A DNA stretch of 64,000 nt, taken from Nannocystales bacterium. Its GTDB lineage: Bacteria; Myxococcota_A; Polyangia; Nannocystales; Nannocystaceae. The DNA is taken from positions 128,001 to 192,000 of the forward strand of contig JBOEGF010000010.1 in assembly GCA_050633305.1 (NCBI GenBank), given 5' to 3'. Of this stretch, positions 26,633 to 36,036 are shown piece by piece; positions within the stretch are counted from its first letter, which is position 1; every line of letters begins with the position of its first letter. A program made the position numbers and the translations under genes. The notes under the pieces were generated by a model that worked only from the letters and a program-made list of their open reading frames with translations, was not told the DNA's origin and ran no database searches.

Positions 26633-28597
26633 GTGGCGGACGGGGTCCTCGGGGTGCGAACTTGTCTGCTGATCCTTGGGATCGCCGGCGCCGCATCGTG
26701 CGTGCGATTCGACGTGTTCGCGTGCGCCGAGGACAGTGACTGTGTCCTCAACGGGCTGAGCGGATCGTGTGCCGAAACGGGATACTGCGGCTTTCCTGAC
26801 CCCGATTGCCCCGCCGGACTTCGCTACAGCCAACATGCGCCGGGCAACTTGGCTGGCGAGTGCGTCGACGTCGCGGGAGGCTCCGAATCTGCCGGAAACA
26901 CGGGGGCGGAGACCAGCACCGGTGGTGAAACCCAGACGAGCGTCGCGACCTCCGACACGGATGCCGAAGGAAGCGGAGGCATCGAACCTTGTGTCGATGT
27001 CGACGAGGATGGGGTGGGGGTGGGGCCGGGGTGTGTCGAGCAGGACTGCGACGACGACAACCCTGCAACATTCGACGGTTGCGTCTATCTGGGCCCGAAC
27101 GGCGACGACGCGAACTCCGGTACGTCCGAGGCGCCCTGGCGAACCTACGCCCACGCGATCTCGCAGCTTTCACCGGGTGCAAGCTTGGTCGTGCTCGACG
27201 GTCGCTACCTCGAATCCGAGGTGGGTACGCCTTTCGCGGACTGTGAGGAAGGGGACGCCAACTCTGGAACGGAGCCGATGCCGATCTTCGTTCGGAGTGA
27301 GAACGACGGTCAGGTCGTGATCGACCGCGAGGGAAGAGCCCACGGACTTGGCACCGACCAGTGCAGCCACTGGCGCTTCCGCGGGTTCTCGGTCGTCTCC
27401 GTCGACAATGCCCTGGATGACACCGGAGCGTGGCGTTCTCCGGTGGCGGTTTTCGGTGCGGAAGACGTGCAGGTGAAGAGGGTGGTTGTGCACCACACCA
27501 ACCGCTTCTTCAACGAACACGCGTTCATGATCGGGGGGGCGAGCGATGTCGTGGTCGAGGACGTCGAGTTGCATGACTTCTTCCGTTCGGGATTCTCGAT
27601 CTATGCCTCCGACCGGGTCACGTGCCGTCGCTGCTACGCGCATTCGCACGAAGTCTCTGACCTCGATGCGTGCCCTGACCGCCCGGACTGCGCAGACCCC
27701 GACGACCAGGACCTTCGCGGCACAACACCGTGCCCGATGTGTTCCGCGGGTAGCCCCGACCGAGGAGACAACTCGTTCTACGTTGAGCACAGCAACGATG
27801 TTCTGCTGGAGAACTGCGTCTCCGAAGGCAGCGCACGCGGGTACCAGGTCACCGGTGGGACTGGGCAGGACGGGGCCACTGCAGGTCGCAACATCCGAAT
27901 CGTGCAGTCGCTCTCGCTCGGCGACGATCGAGGCGTGGTCGTTGGACAGAACGCCGACAACCTCGCTCCTTTGGGGATGGTGATCGAGAATGTAGTCGTG
28001 CTCAACAGTGCGTCCACGGGGCTCGAGCTTCGACAACCCGACGACCTCGTCCTGCGCGACGTCAGCGTGATCGGGTCCGGGGGAGACGGCATCCGTGTGC
28101 CGCAGGCGGACGCGCCCGACTGTACCGGCGGTGAGTGCTCGGCGACCTTCGAACGGCTGCTGATCGAGGGCGCGGGCGCCAATGGCTTCAGCCTCGAGGT
28201 CGAGCCGCAGGCTTGGTCGCTGACCCACAGCAGCATCAACGGCGCCGAAGACATCTCCTTCCCCACACTCGCTACCGATGATCCCTTCGATCAGGAGGGC
28301 AATGCTCGGAGCAACATCGAGGGCAGCGCGACTCGAGTTGGGTCCGGCGACGGTGAGTGTCGAATCTACGTTCCTAGCGACAGCAACATGTTCGACCCCT
28401 TTGGGGACGGGAACTCGGTGGGGGCGAACGTCGTGGAGTTGATGCTGGACGGTGTACCCAGTGGCGCGCCGTTGTGGTCGAGCGATGGGAAGTTTCCATG
28501 CATCGACGAGCCTGTGGAACCAGCTCAGATCGCCGGGGAACAGTGCGGCGACCTGGCGGATCGTGTTGGTTTCTCAGGCACCTGCGAAGCTCCGTAG
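26633..28597 (+). CDS. Lipoprotein with Cys module, MopE-like motif and right-handed beta-helix (pectate-lyase-like)
   Basis: AASC lipobox; DVDEDGVG...DCDDDNP; YLGPNGDDANSGTSEAPWRT (DUF1565/PL9-like cap); repeated SDVVVEDV, SDRVTCRRC and SNDVLLENC coils. Confidence 0.8.
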   Translation: MADGVLGVRTCLLILGIAGAASCVRFDVFACAEDSDCVLNGLSGSCAETGYCGFPDPDCPAGLRYSQHAPGNLAGECVDVAGGSESAGNTGAETSTGGETQTSVATSDTDAEGSGGIEPCVDVDEDGVGVGPGCVEQDCDDDNPATFDGCVYLGPNGDDANSGTSEAPWRTYAHAISQLSPGASLVVLDGRYLESEVGTPFADCEEGDANSGTEPMPIFVRSENDGQVVIDREGRAHGLGTDQCSHWRFRGFSVVSVDNALDDTGAWRSPVAVFGAEDVQVKRVVVHHTNRFFNEHAFMIGGASDVVVEDVELHDFFRSGFSIYASDRVTCRRCYAHSHEVSDLDACPDRPDCADPDDQDLRGTTPCPMCSAGSPDRGDNSFYVEHSNDVLLENCVSEGSARGYQVTGGTGQDGATAGRNIRIVQSLSLGDDRGVVVGQNADNLAPLGMVIENVVVLNSASTGLELRQPDDLVLRDVSVIGSGGDGIRVPQADAPDCTGGECSATFERLLIEGAGANGFSLEVEPQAWSLTHSSINGAEDISFPTLATDDPFDQEGNARSNIEGSATRVGSGDGECRIYVPSDSNMFDPFGDGNSVGANVVELMLDGVPSGAPLWSSDGKFPCIDEPVEPAQIAGEQCGDLADRVGFSGTCEAP

Positions 28598-28636
28598 AGG
28601 CCCGCTCGATAGCCTTCAGGGGCGCTACGCGACGCC

Positions 28637-29563
28637 TTAGGAGCTGGCGTCCGCGATAGCGCTGGCCTTCGTCGGATTGGACCGGCTACGGACGATGATC
28701 GCGGGCGAGAGGATCTCTGCTTCAGCAAATGCGTCCATCACCCGCATGTTCACATCGGTTTCGAAGAGTTTTTCGTAGCGCGTATCCAGGACGTAGGCTT
28801 TCACACGAAGCCGAACCGCCAAGTAGTTCTCCGTGATGACCTGGTTGACGAGGACGACGACCGGCTTTTCGAGGAACGTGTACCGGCTGGATACGGCGCA
28901 CTCGGCTGCAAGTTCACGAGCACGTCGCACGTCCTGGTCGGGGGCGATGTAGAAGTCCATCGTGCACTGCATGTCCAGGGCGCCGTAGTTCCCGTTGGAG
29001 GTCATGTCGCTGAGGAACTTGTTGTTGGGAATCGTGACCGTGTTGTCGCCCAGGGTCTGGAGGCGAACCGAGCGAAGCCCGATCGCGGTGATGTCCCCGT
29101 ACTCCCCACCAAAAGTGATTCGATCTCCGACCTGGAAGGGACGGTCGATCATGATCATGATCCCCGCGATGAACGACGCGACCAGGTCCTTGATCGCGAA
29201 GCCGATCGAGACGGCGACCGTGCCTCCGATCAGCGCGATGATGCTCTCGTTGAAGTCGAAGCTCAGGTAGATGACGGTGAAGCCCGTTCCGACGTAGAGT
29301 AGGAACTGGGCGAACGTCGCGACCTTCTGCAGCAGGAGTCGCCGGTTGGGGAAACGCTGGCTGAGTCCGGCGACGGACTGCTTGAGAAACCGCATCGTGA
29401 TCGCGGTTCCGATGATCACGAAGACGGAGGTGAAAACACCACTCCACTGGATCAGACGCGCGATCTGGCCCAGCGCCTCCACATCGGGTGCGGCCTCCGC
29501 CAGCAGAGGCGACGGGAGAGCGAGAGCAGTGGTGAGGCTCGAGATTGTGGTGAGCGTGATCAT
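28637..29563 (-). CDS. Small-conductance mechanosensitive channel (MscS family)
   Basis: IGFAIKDLVASFIAGI, DRPFQVGDRI, GDITAIGLRSV, VTIPN. Confidence 0.92.
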   Translation of the reverse strand: MITLTTISSLTTALALPSPLLAEAAPDVEALGQIARLIQWSGVFTSVFVIIGTAITMRFLKQSVAGLSQRFPNRRLLLQKVATFAQFLLYVGTGFTVIYLSFDFNESIIALIGGTVAVSIGFAIKDLVASFIAGIMIMIDRPFQVGDRITFGGEYGDITAIGLRSVRLQTLGDNTVTIPNNKFLSDMTSNGNYGALDMQCTMDFYIAPDQDVRRARELAAECAVSSRYTFLEKPVVVLVNQVITENYLAVRLRVKAYVLDTRYEKLFETDVNMRVMDAFAEAEILSPAIIVRSRSNPTKASAIADASS

Positions 29564-29570
29564 TGGGGCC

Positions 29571-32500
29571 TCACAGAGACGAGAGCAGGTGTTGCCGTTG
29601 AAGGACGGTGGTGATGGTGCGGTACCAGGGCCAGGTCATCCGGTACCCGCCCTGAAACGGCTCGACGTAGCCCCGCGAGCTACAGAATCGCATCGCGTCC
29701 TCGACGTCTTTCGAAGGTAGCTGCGTCGCTCGTTCGATCTCGGGCAGCAGTGCGAGTTCCAGCTGGACGACGGTTCTCAAAACGAAGAGCTGGGAGAGGC
29801 TGAGTCCTTCGATCTCCTCCGGCGGTGGCTCCTTGAACAGACGCACCACGACCCCGCCCTTCTCGTCTCGAAACAGCGACTCGCGGAAGGCGTGCATCGC
29901 GACCGCGGGATTGCCCTTCGAGTAGTCCCACAGCAACCGGTAGTAGCTGGCCTCGGTACGGTCGCCCTGGTCAGGTAGTGGCTCGCTTTGCCGGGGCACG
30001 ACGAGACCTTCAAAGCTTGGCTCGATGCCGGCGGTTTCGCATTGGCCTTTGATCAGTTCGCCGAGCGTCTCCTCGGACCAGCCTGGAAGCTGGATGATCT
30101 GCTCGAACGACACACGGTCTCCACGAGCGCGCCGGATGTACTGCCATGCCGCCGAGCCAATCGTCACGACCCAGGAGATCCCGCCGCCGACGGCACGACT
30201 GAAGTCTGTGAAGGTGTCCAGGCCGCGCAGGCCGTTCACGGCTGGGACGACGAGTCGTTGCAAGTCGTCGACCACAACGACGCAGCGACCCAGGCCTCGC
30301 ATGGCCACGATGAGCTCTTCCCCCTCGGCCGTCGGCTTGCCCGCGATCTTCGCGAAATCCCGCAGAAGGGCGTCTGCACCCTCTTCGGGGCAAGATACGC
30401 AATGAACGTCGATACCGTCGACGGACTCCTGTAGACGCCGAATGAAGACGCTCTTGCCCGCGCCTTTCTCTCCAACGATCGCCGTCAGCGTACGCCGACC
30501 CGAACGGAGTTGGTCGGCGACACGCTCGAGTTCAGGGCTCCCGACGGAGTCGAGCAGTGGGTCGGGCACGAGCTCGGGGTCGAAGTGGGGGCGGACCTTC
30601 TTTTCGATCGGCCGATAGCGCTCGTCGGCCTCGGTTGCCGCGGCCTGCTTGGCAAGCTCTCGCCGGAACAGGTACGCGAGCAGACGTCGTGTGACCTCGA
30701 GACCCGAGAGCTGGCGCATGACCCACGCACCTGAGCCCATGGCAAGCAAGTAGCTGGCTCCGGCAGCGGCCGCAGGGAAGCTGCTCAGCCCCGAACGTTG
30801 GCTCGTCACCCAACGGGTGAACGCCGTCTGCTCCGGTCGTTCCCGGACGAGTTCGAAGATGATCGGCTTCCAGCGGTGAACGAGATAGATGGCGACTGGG
30901 ATGCTGAGGAACCAACAGGTGGAGAACACCCAGCTGTACAACGCACCCCGTCCAACCATCGCAGCGGTGAGCGCGAGGACCATCCCGACCGCGATGATGT
31001 TGGCCCCGACGACGCGCAGAGAGTGGATACGCAGGGCGGAGTTGTCACGGGTGGAGGCGGAATACAGGCGCTCTCGTGCAGCAAGTGCATCGACCAGCAG
31101 CACCGCCGCGAGACCGAGCAAGACCCATCGTGCGGCGATCCACAGCAGGTTGAGACTCGGGATGCCGGCGATGTCCTCGATGACGTACAGGAGCCCCCAG
31201 ACGACCGCCAGCACCACCAGCGGTCGCCGGATCCGGCGGAGGTACCAAACGGAGGAGATCGCGAACCGGACCGCGGGGGTCATCGGCCGCCGCTCTCGAA
31301 GTCCAGCTTCGAGCTTCTCGAGGATCTCCGTGCCTCGTCGACGCCACCAGACGAAGGCGACGATCAAGGCTGCCAGCTTCAGGAGTGCGAGGACGACCTG
31401 AACGGTGGAGTTGACCAACTCGTCGAAGAACTTCGCCCGGTGTCGGGGGAGGCTGTGCACGAAGAAGCCAAGCTCGAGCGACATCTGCTTGAACTCGCGC
31501 TCCGCTTGCTCGACGCCCTCGGCCCCGAAACTCGTGACCGCGCGACGAAGGCCCGGGCTGGCGAGGTCAAGCAGTCGCAGTCGTGTGTTGTTGAGAGCGA
31601 CGAGATCGTCCTGCGTCTGGGCGGCGAGTTCCCAGCCGATCTCTTCGGAGAGGGTCGAGAGTTGCTGCTCCTTCTTCGCGACCTCACCTCGGAGCGCTGA
31701 CACGTCCCCGCGGTCGGTGTTGGAGGGGAGCTCGGAGTCCAGCGGCGTTCCGACTCCGGGAATGCCGCTCTTGTCCTCGAGGCGTTCGAGGTCGCTGGAC
31801 AGCTGCGTACGTAGGAGGTCCAAGTCCTCGCGGATCGCCCAGTACATGGGGTCTGCCTCCGTGGCGACTTCGCTCTCGAACTTCGGGGACTCGGCGAGCG
31901 TTGTGAGTCGAAGGTTCCAGTCGAGGACACGGTCGTGGTCCTCGGCGCGCTCAACTCGACGGCGTGCGAGCGCGGCTTCGAAGTTCGCTTGTGTTTCCTG
32001 AATCCCGAGCAGCCGGGCTCGCTCCTCGGCGATGATTCGTTTTGCTTCCGTGTCGGCCCGTCGTGCCGCCTCGAGGGCTTCCTCGCGCGCAGCTGCCTTC
32101 TGTGCGGCTTCGGCTTCGGCGTCGGTCAGGCTTTCCGAGGCCGCCCTCCTCGCCTGCGCCGCGCGTTCTTTCTCCGCCAAAGCTTCTTCGAGCTCGGTGG
32201 CGTCCTGGGCCGTCTCGGTTGGGGTCTCGGTCGATGCCGCCGCGGCCTCTTCAGCGCGCTTGGCCTCCGCTTCGGCCTCGACGGCAGCTTTGGCCGCCGC
32301 GACCCGCTGGGCGTGACCTCGAGCCAGCGCGTCTCGTTCGGTCGGGGTCAGTGCGAGAAAACGGCGCCGCTGGAGGTCCAGGTCGGCGCGCGCGACCTGG
32401 ACTTTCGGGTCGCCGGCCGCGGCGTGGGTCTGCAGGAGGTCGAAGCGCAGAAGCGAGTTCGGATCGAGGCCGAGCTCGAGGGTTCCGGTGAGGTAGGCGC

Positions 32501-33152
32501 GCAGACGGTCCGCATGGGTCTGTGTTGCGAGTTCATCCGCGGCGTCTTTCTCGGCCTGAATGGCGGCGGCGGCACGGCGAGTATCGTGCGCCTGGAGGCG
32601 AGCTGTTTGCGCATCGGGGGGGAGGTTGAAGAACTCGCGGAGCACGAGTTCGAGGCCGGCGTCGGGGCTCAACTCGGCAAGTGGGGTGGGGCGTCGTAAA
32701 CGACGGCGACCTCGAGCGGGCTCCGGCTCGAGGGCGCGCTCGCGAGCGTGGTCGAAGCGCTGACCTGCGCCTCCCGTCCAGCGAGGGTCCGTGAGATCGA
32801 GGATGAACAGGTCCTGGGCGCGAAGCTGTAGATCGAGGTCGCCCTCTGCCAGCGCCCGGATGCCACGAGCGCGCTCCCGGATCGTTTCATCGTCCGTCGG
32901 CGGCGGCGCTGCAGGTGTGGCTTCGGCCACCGTCTCTTCGTCGACCGGGGCGGGGTCGGCCTCGGCGGTCCCGGCATCGACTTCGGTGCCGGTCGATTCA
33001 GGCTCCGCGATGGGAGTGTGCGGTGACTGGGCGAGTACGGGGGCGGCGACGCTCGCCCAGATCCAGGCCATCAGCAGAACGAGCAACGGACGCGGAAGAG
33101 CGCGTACGTCTCGGGCGATCGCGGGGCCGTGCGAAGAAGCGCGAGAGGGCAC
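29571..33152 (-). CDS. Large membrane protein: periplasmic coiled coil, TM bundle, cytoplasmic P-loop NTPase and winged helix
   Basis: Signal peptide, Ala/Glu-rich coiled coil, about 5-6 TM helices, Walker A GEKGAGKS, Walker B VVVVDD, SKGNP motif. GTG 33152 has TACCGT 6 nt upstream. Confidence 0.8.
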   Translation of the reverse strand: MPSRASSHGPAIARDVRALPRPLLVLLMAWIWASVAAPVLAQSPHTPIAEPESTGTEVDAGTAEADPAPVDEETVAEATPAAPPPTDDETIRERARGIRALAEGDLDLQLRAQDLFILDLTDPRWTGGAGQRFDHARERALEPEPARGRRRLRRPTPLAELSPDAGLELVLREFFNLPPDAQTARLQAHDTRRAAAAIQAEKDAADELATQTHADRLRAYLTGTLELGLDPNSLLRFDLLQTHAAAGDPKVQVARADLDLQRRRFLALTPTERDALARGHAQRVAAAKAAVEAEAEAKRAEEAAAASTETPTETAQDATELEEALAEKERAAQARRAASESLTDAEAEAAQKAAAREEALEAARRADTEAKRIIAEERARLLGIQETQANFEAALARRRVERAEDHDRVLDWNLRLTTLAESPKFESEVATEADPMYWAIREDLDLLRTQLSSDLERLEDKSGIPGVGTPLDSELPSNTDRGDVSALRGEVAKKEQQLSTLSEEIGWELAAQTQDDLVALNNTRLRLLDLASPGLRRAVTSFGAEGVEQAEREFKQMSLELGFFVHSLPRHRAKFFDELVNSTVQVVLALLKLAALIVAFVWWRRRGTEILEKLEAGLRERRPMTPAVRFAISSVWYLRRIRRPLVVLAVVWGLLYVIEDIAGIPSLNLLWIAARWVLLGLAAVLLVDALAARERLYSASTRDNSALRIHSLRVVGANIIAVGMVLALTAAMVGRGALYSWVFSTCWFLSIPVAIYLVHRWKPIIFELVRERPEQTAFTRWVTSQRSGLSSFPAAAAGASYLLAMGSGAWVMRQLSGLEVTRRLLAYLFRRELAKQAAATEADERYRPIEKKVRPHFDPELVPDPLLDSVGSPELERVADQLRSGRRTLTAIVGEKGAGKSVFIRRLQESVDGIDVHCVSCPEEGADALLRDFAKIAGKPTAEGEELIVAMRGLGRCVVVVDDLQRLVVPAVNGLRGLDTFTDFSRAVGGGISWVVTIGSAAWQYIRRARGDRVSFEQIIQLPGWSEETLGELIKGQCETAGIEPSFEGLVVPRQSEPLPDQGDRTEASYYRLLWDYSKGNPAVAMHAFRESLFRDEKGGVVVRLFKEPPPEEIEGLSLSQLFVLRTVVQLELALLPEIERATQLPSKDVEDAMRFCSSRGYVEPFQGGYRMTWPWYRTITTVLQRQHLLSSL

Positions 33153-33291
33153 GCGCCAACGGTACACGACCCGGATTCAACTTGGAGCGGCTGGGGCGAA
33201 GCGCAACAGTGCGGAAATCTGACGCATCGCGGAACGACGCTCGGCCCCCCGCACGCACGTGCGGAGGGCCGAGCGTGATGCGGTCGATACC

Positions 33292-35154
33292 CTACTGGCC
33301 CTCGAGCAACTCGATGTCGCGCAGGTCGGTCAGCGACTCGTCGTCGCCGAGGTTGTCGGTGTTGCCGTAGCCGAGTCGACCGTCGGTGCCCTGTCCCCAG
33401 CATCGGACTCGGCCGGCTTCGGTGATGGCACAGGTGTGGTTACCGTCGGCTGCGATGGAGCGCACGGTGGTGTCCAGCGGTACGACGCCAGCATCCGCGG
33501 GGTCTTCGTCGTCGCCGATGGTGTCGCCGTTGCCGTATCCGAGCTGTCCACTGGAGCCGAAGCCCCAGCACTGGACCGTACCGTCGTCGAGCAGGGCGCA
33601 GGTGTGGGCGAAGCCTGCCACAACCTGGCGGGCCGGTCCGTCGAGTTCGACGGTTCCGGCGTCGGCCGGCGAGTTGTTGAAGCCGACGTACGCGCTGTTT
33701 CCGTATCCCAGCCGGCCGTCATTGCCTCGGCCCCAACACTGGACGGAGCCATCCTCGAGCACGGCGCAGCTGTGGAGCCAGCCCAGCGCGATGTCGGTCG
33801 CGAAGTCTGACAGGACCACATCGCCGGCCGTCGCGGGCGTCTCGTCGTCGCCGATCGTGACGTTGCCGTTGCCGTGTCCCAGGGCGCCGTTGCCCTGGCT
33901 GCCCCAGCAGCGGACCGTGCCCAGGCTGGTGCGCGTGCAGGTGTGGGCCTGGCCGGCTGCGATCTGGACCACCGTGGCGCCCACGTCCGTGACCGGGCTT
34001 GAAGACAGGGCTTCGTTGTCACCGATGTTGGTCGTCTGCCCCACGATACCCAGCTTGCCGGTGGTTGCTTGGCCCCAGCACTTCACGTCTCCCGAGTCGA
34101 GGGCCGCACACGAGTGGAATGCTCCGCCGCCGCTTCCGATGGTCGCGATCGGGGAGCCGAGGTCGATGGCGTCGACGCTGGTAATCGCCTCGTTGTCCCC
34201 GAGGGGCACAGTGTTTCCGTAGCCGATCTGTCCGACGCTGGCGGCTCCAAAGCACCGCGCGGTGCCGTCGTTGAGGGCGACGCAGGTGTGGGAGACGCCC
34301 GCGACCACCGACTCGGCGACGGCGCCCTCTCCCAGGTTGACGAATCCGATGTCGGCCGGCGTCTCGTCGTCTCCGATGTCGTCGGTGTTGCCGTAGCCCA
34401 GCCGGCCGCTCGCTGCGTTGCCCCAGCACTTGATGGAGCCGCTGTCGAAGCGGGCGCAGGTGAAGTCGCCCCCGAGTGCAAGTTCGACCGCCTCGTGGGC
34501 GGAGCAGTTGTTGTGGCACGCGTCGGTGTCGTCGCCGTTGCCGTCATCGCAGGTCTCGACGCCCAGCTGGGTGAACCCATCTCCGCAGCTGGCTGCGAGA
34601 CACGTGACACACCCATCGGTCGGGTCGCTGTTGCCGTCATCGCAGGACTCATTGAGCGCGTGCAGGAAACCATCACCGCAGACGTTGACGGTGCAGCTGG
34701 CGGTGCAGTCCGAGGTGTCGTCGTTCAGCAGGCCGTCGTCGCACTCTTCGCCGTCGTCCATCGTGCCATCTCCGCAGAATGCTGCTTGGGCGCCGGTCGT
34801 AGACTCGCCACCTGAGATCTCGGAACCCGTGGAGCTGCTGCCAGCGTCGCCAGTGCTGCTGCTGCCCCCGGTGTCGCCGCCGGAGCTGCTGCTGCTGCCG
34901 TCGGTGCCGCCGCCGGAGCTGCTGCCGCCATCGGTGCTGCTTGATCCCTCGGCGCTCGTGCTGCTTGTGGGTCCGCTGTCCGTCCCGCCGGTTGTCGTGG
35001 GGTCACTTGTCGTCGGGCCCGCCGTGGGGTCCGTCGTCGTAGGACCGTCGGCAGAGGTACTGCCTTCGTCGGAAGGGGATGCGGTGTCGTCGCCGCAACC
35101 ACCAAAGGCTCCGACTGCAAAGACCGCGACCAAGGCACGAGACGTCATCGTCAT
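33292..35154 (-). CDS. Lipoprotein with Myxococcus Cys-rich (DUF4215) repeats and RCC1-like beta-propeller
   Basis: GGCGDD; three CGDG...ExCDDG repeats; seven HTC...CWGxxxxGxLGYGN...IGDDE repeats. Confidence 0.9.
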   Translation of the reverse strand: MTMTSRALVAVFAVGAFGGCGDDTASPSDEGSTSADGPTTTDPTAGPTTSDPTTTGGTDSGPTSSTSAEGSSSTDGGSSSGGGTDGSSSSSGGDTGGSSSTGDAGSSSTGSEISGGESTTGAQAAFCGDGTMDDGEECDDGLLNDDTSDCTASCTVNVCGDGFLHALNESCDDGNSDPTDGCVTCLAASCGDGFTQLGVETCDDGNGDDTDACHNNCSAHEAVELALGGDFTCARFDSGSIKCWGNAASGRLGYGNTDDIGDDETPADIGFVNLGEGAVAESVVAGVSHTCVALNDGTARCFGAASVGQIGYGNTVPLGDNEAITSVDAIDLGSPIATIGSGGGAFHSCAALDSGDVKCWGQATTGKLGIVGQTTNIGDNEALSSSPVTDVGATVVQIAAGQAHTCTRTSLGTVRCWGSQGNGALGHGNGNVTIGDDETPATAGDVVLSDFATDIALGWLHSCAVLEDGSVQCWGRGNDGRLGYGNSAYVGFNNSPADAGTVELDGPARQVVAGFAHTCALLDDGTVQCWGFGSSGQLGYGNGDTIGDDEDPADAGVVPLDTTVRSIAADGNHTCAITEAGRVRCWGQGTDGRLGYGNTDNLGDDESLTDLRDIELLEGQ

Positions 35155-35240
35155 GCCCCACGGTTCGGCTGAATCCGTTCGGCTTTGACCCCCGTTCCCT
35201 ATTTGTTCCACACCGCGTCGCAAGCGCGCCGCCTCGGTCC

Positions 35241-35249
35241 TGCTATGGT
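35241..35249 (+). promoter_or_regulatory. Extended -10 box TGCTATGGT upstream of hisN
   Basis: Ends 8 nt before ATG 35258. Confidence 0.5.
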
Positions 35250-35257
35250 CCGCAGGA

Positions 35258-36028
35258 ATGGAAAGCGCCGACTGGTTGCCGTTCCTCCGTGAGCTCGCCG
35301 ACGAAGCCGACGCGATTGCGATGCGCTACTTCCGGGCCGGTGACCTGCATGTGGACGCCAAACCGGACCGTTCGCTCGTCACGCAGGCTGACCTCGAAGT
35401 CGAGACCGCCGTCCGCAATGCTACCGCGAACCGGTTTCCGGATCTTGGGGTGTTTGGGGAGGAGCACGGACAACGAAATCCGGAGGCTCCGGAGCGCCTC
35501 ATCGTCGACCCCATCGATGCCACGGCCAACTTCGCCCGTGGGATCCCGATCTTCGCGACGTTGCTGGCCATCGAATCTGACGGAGAGATCGTGGCAGGGA
35601 TGGTGAGTGCGCCGGCCCTGCACCAGCGCTGGCATGCTGCACGTGGGCACGGTGCGTTCAGCGGGGATCGTAGGCTCGGTGTCTCGGGGGTGTCCACGCT
35701 GGCGGATTCGCAGATCTTCCACAGTTCGCTTGCGGGTGCCGAGGCGGTGCCCAACACCGCGAAGATCCCCACGCTCCTGAACAAGAGCTGGAGACAGCGA
35801 GGCGTGGGCGACTTTTACCAGCACATGCTCGTCGCCGAGGGCTGCGGCGAGATCGCCCTCGATCCGATTGTCATGCCCTGGGACATCGCGCCGCTGCAGA
35901 TCATCGTTGAAGAGGCTGGCGGCAAGGCGACGACGGTTGGAGGAGACCGGAATATCCGGGGAGGGAGCCTGATCTCCAGCAACGGGATCCTGCACGAGAT
36001 CACGCTGTCCCACTTCGACGCTGGCTGA
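35258..36028 (+). CDS. hisN: Histidinol-phosphate phosphatase, inositol monophosphatase family
   Basis: KPDRSLVTQAD, GEE, IVDPIDATANF, FATLLA, PWDIAP. Confidence 0.75.
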   Translation: MESADWLPFLRELADEADAIAMRYFRAGDLHVDAKPDRSLVTQADLEVETAVRNATANRFPDLGVFGEEHGQRNPEAPERLIVDPIDATANFARGIPIFATLLAIESDGEIVAGMVSAPALHQRWHAARGHGAFSGDRRLGVSGVSTLADSQIFHSSLAGAEAVPNTAKIPTLLNKSWRQRGVGDFYQHMLVAEGCGEIALDPIVMPWDIAPLQIIVEEAGGKATTVGGDRNIRGGSLISSNGILHEITLSHFDAG

Positions 36029-36036
36029 GGACGAAC

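Noticed and set aside
33300..34780. Periodic DNA repeats as a CRISPR array
   Set aside because: They are degenerate coding repeats (RCC1 and Cys-rich), with no identical repeats, spacers or cas genes.
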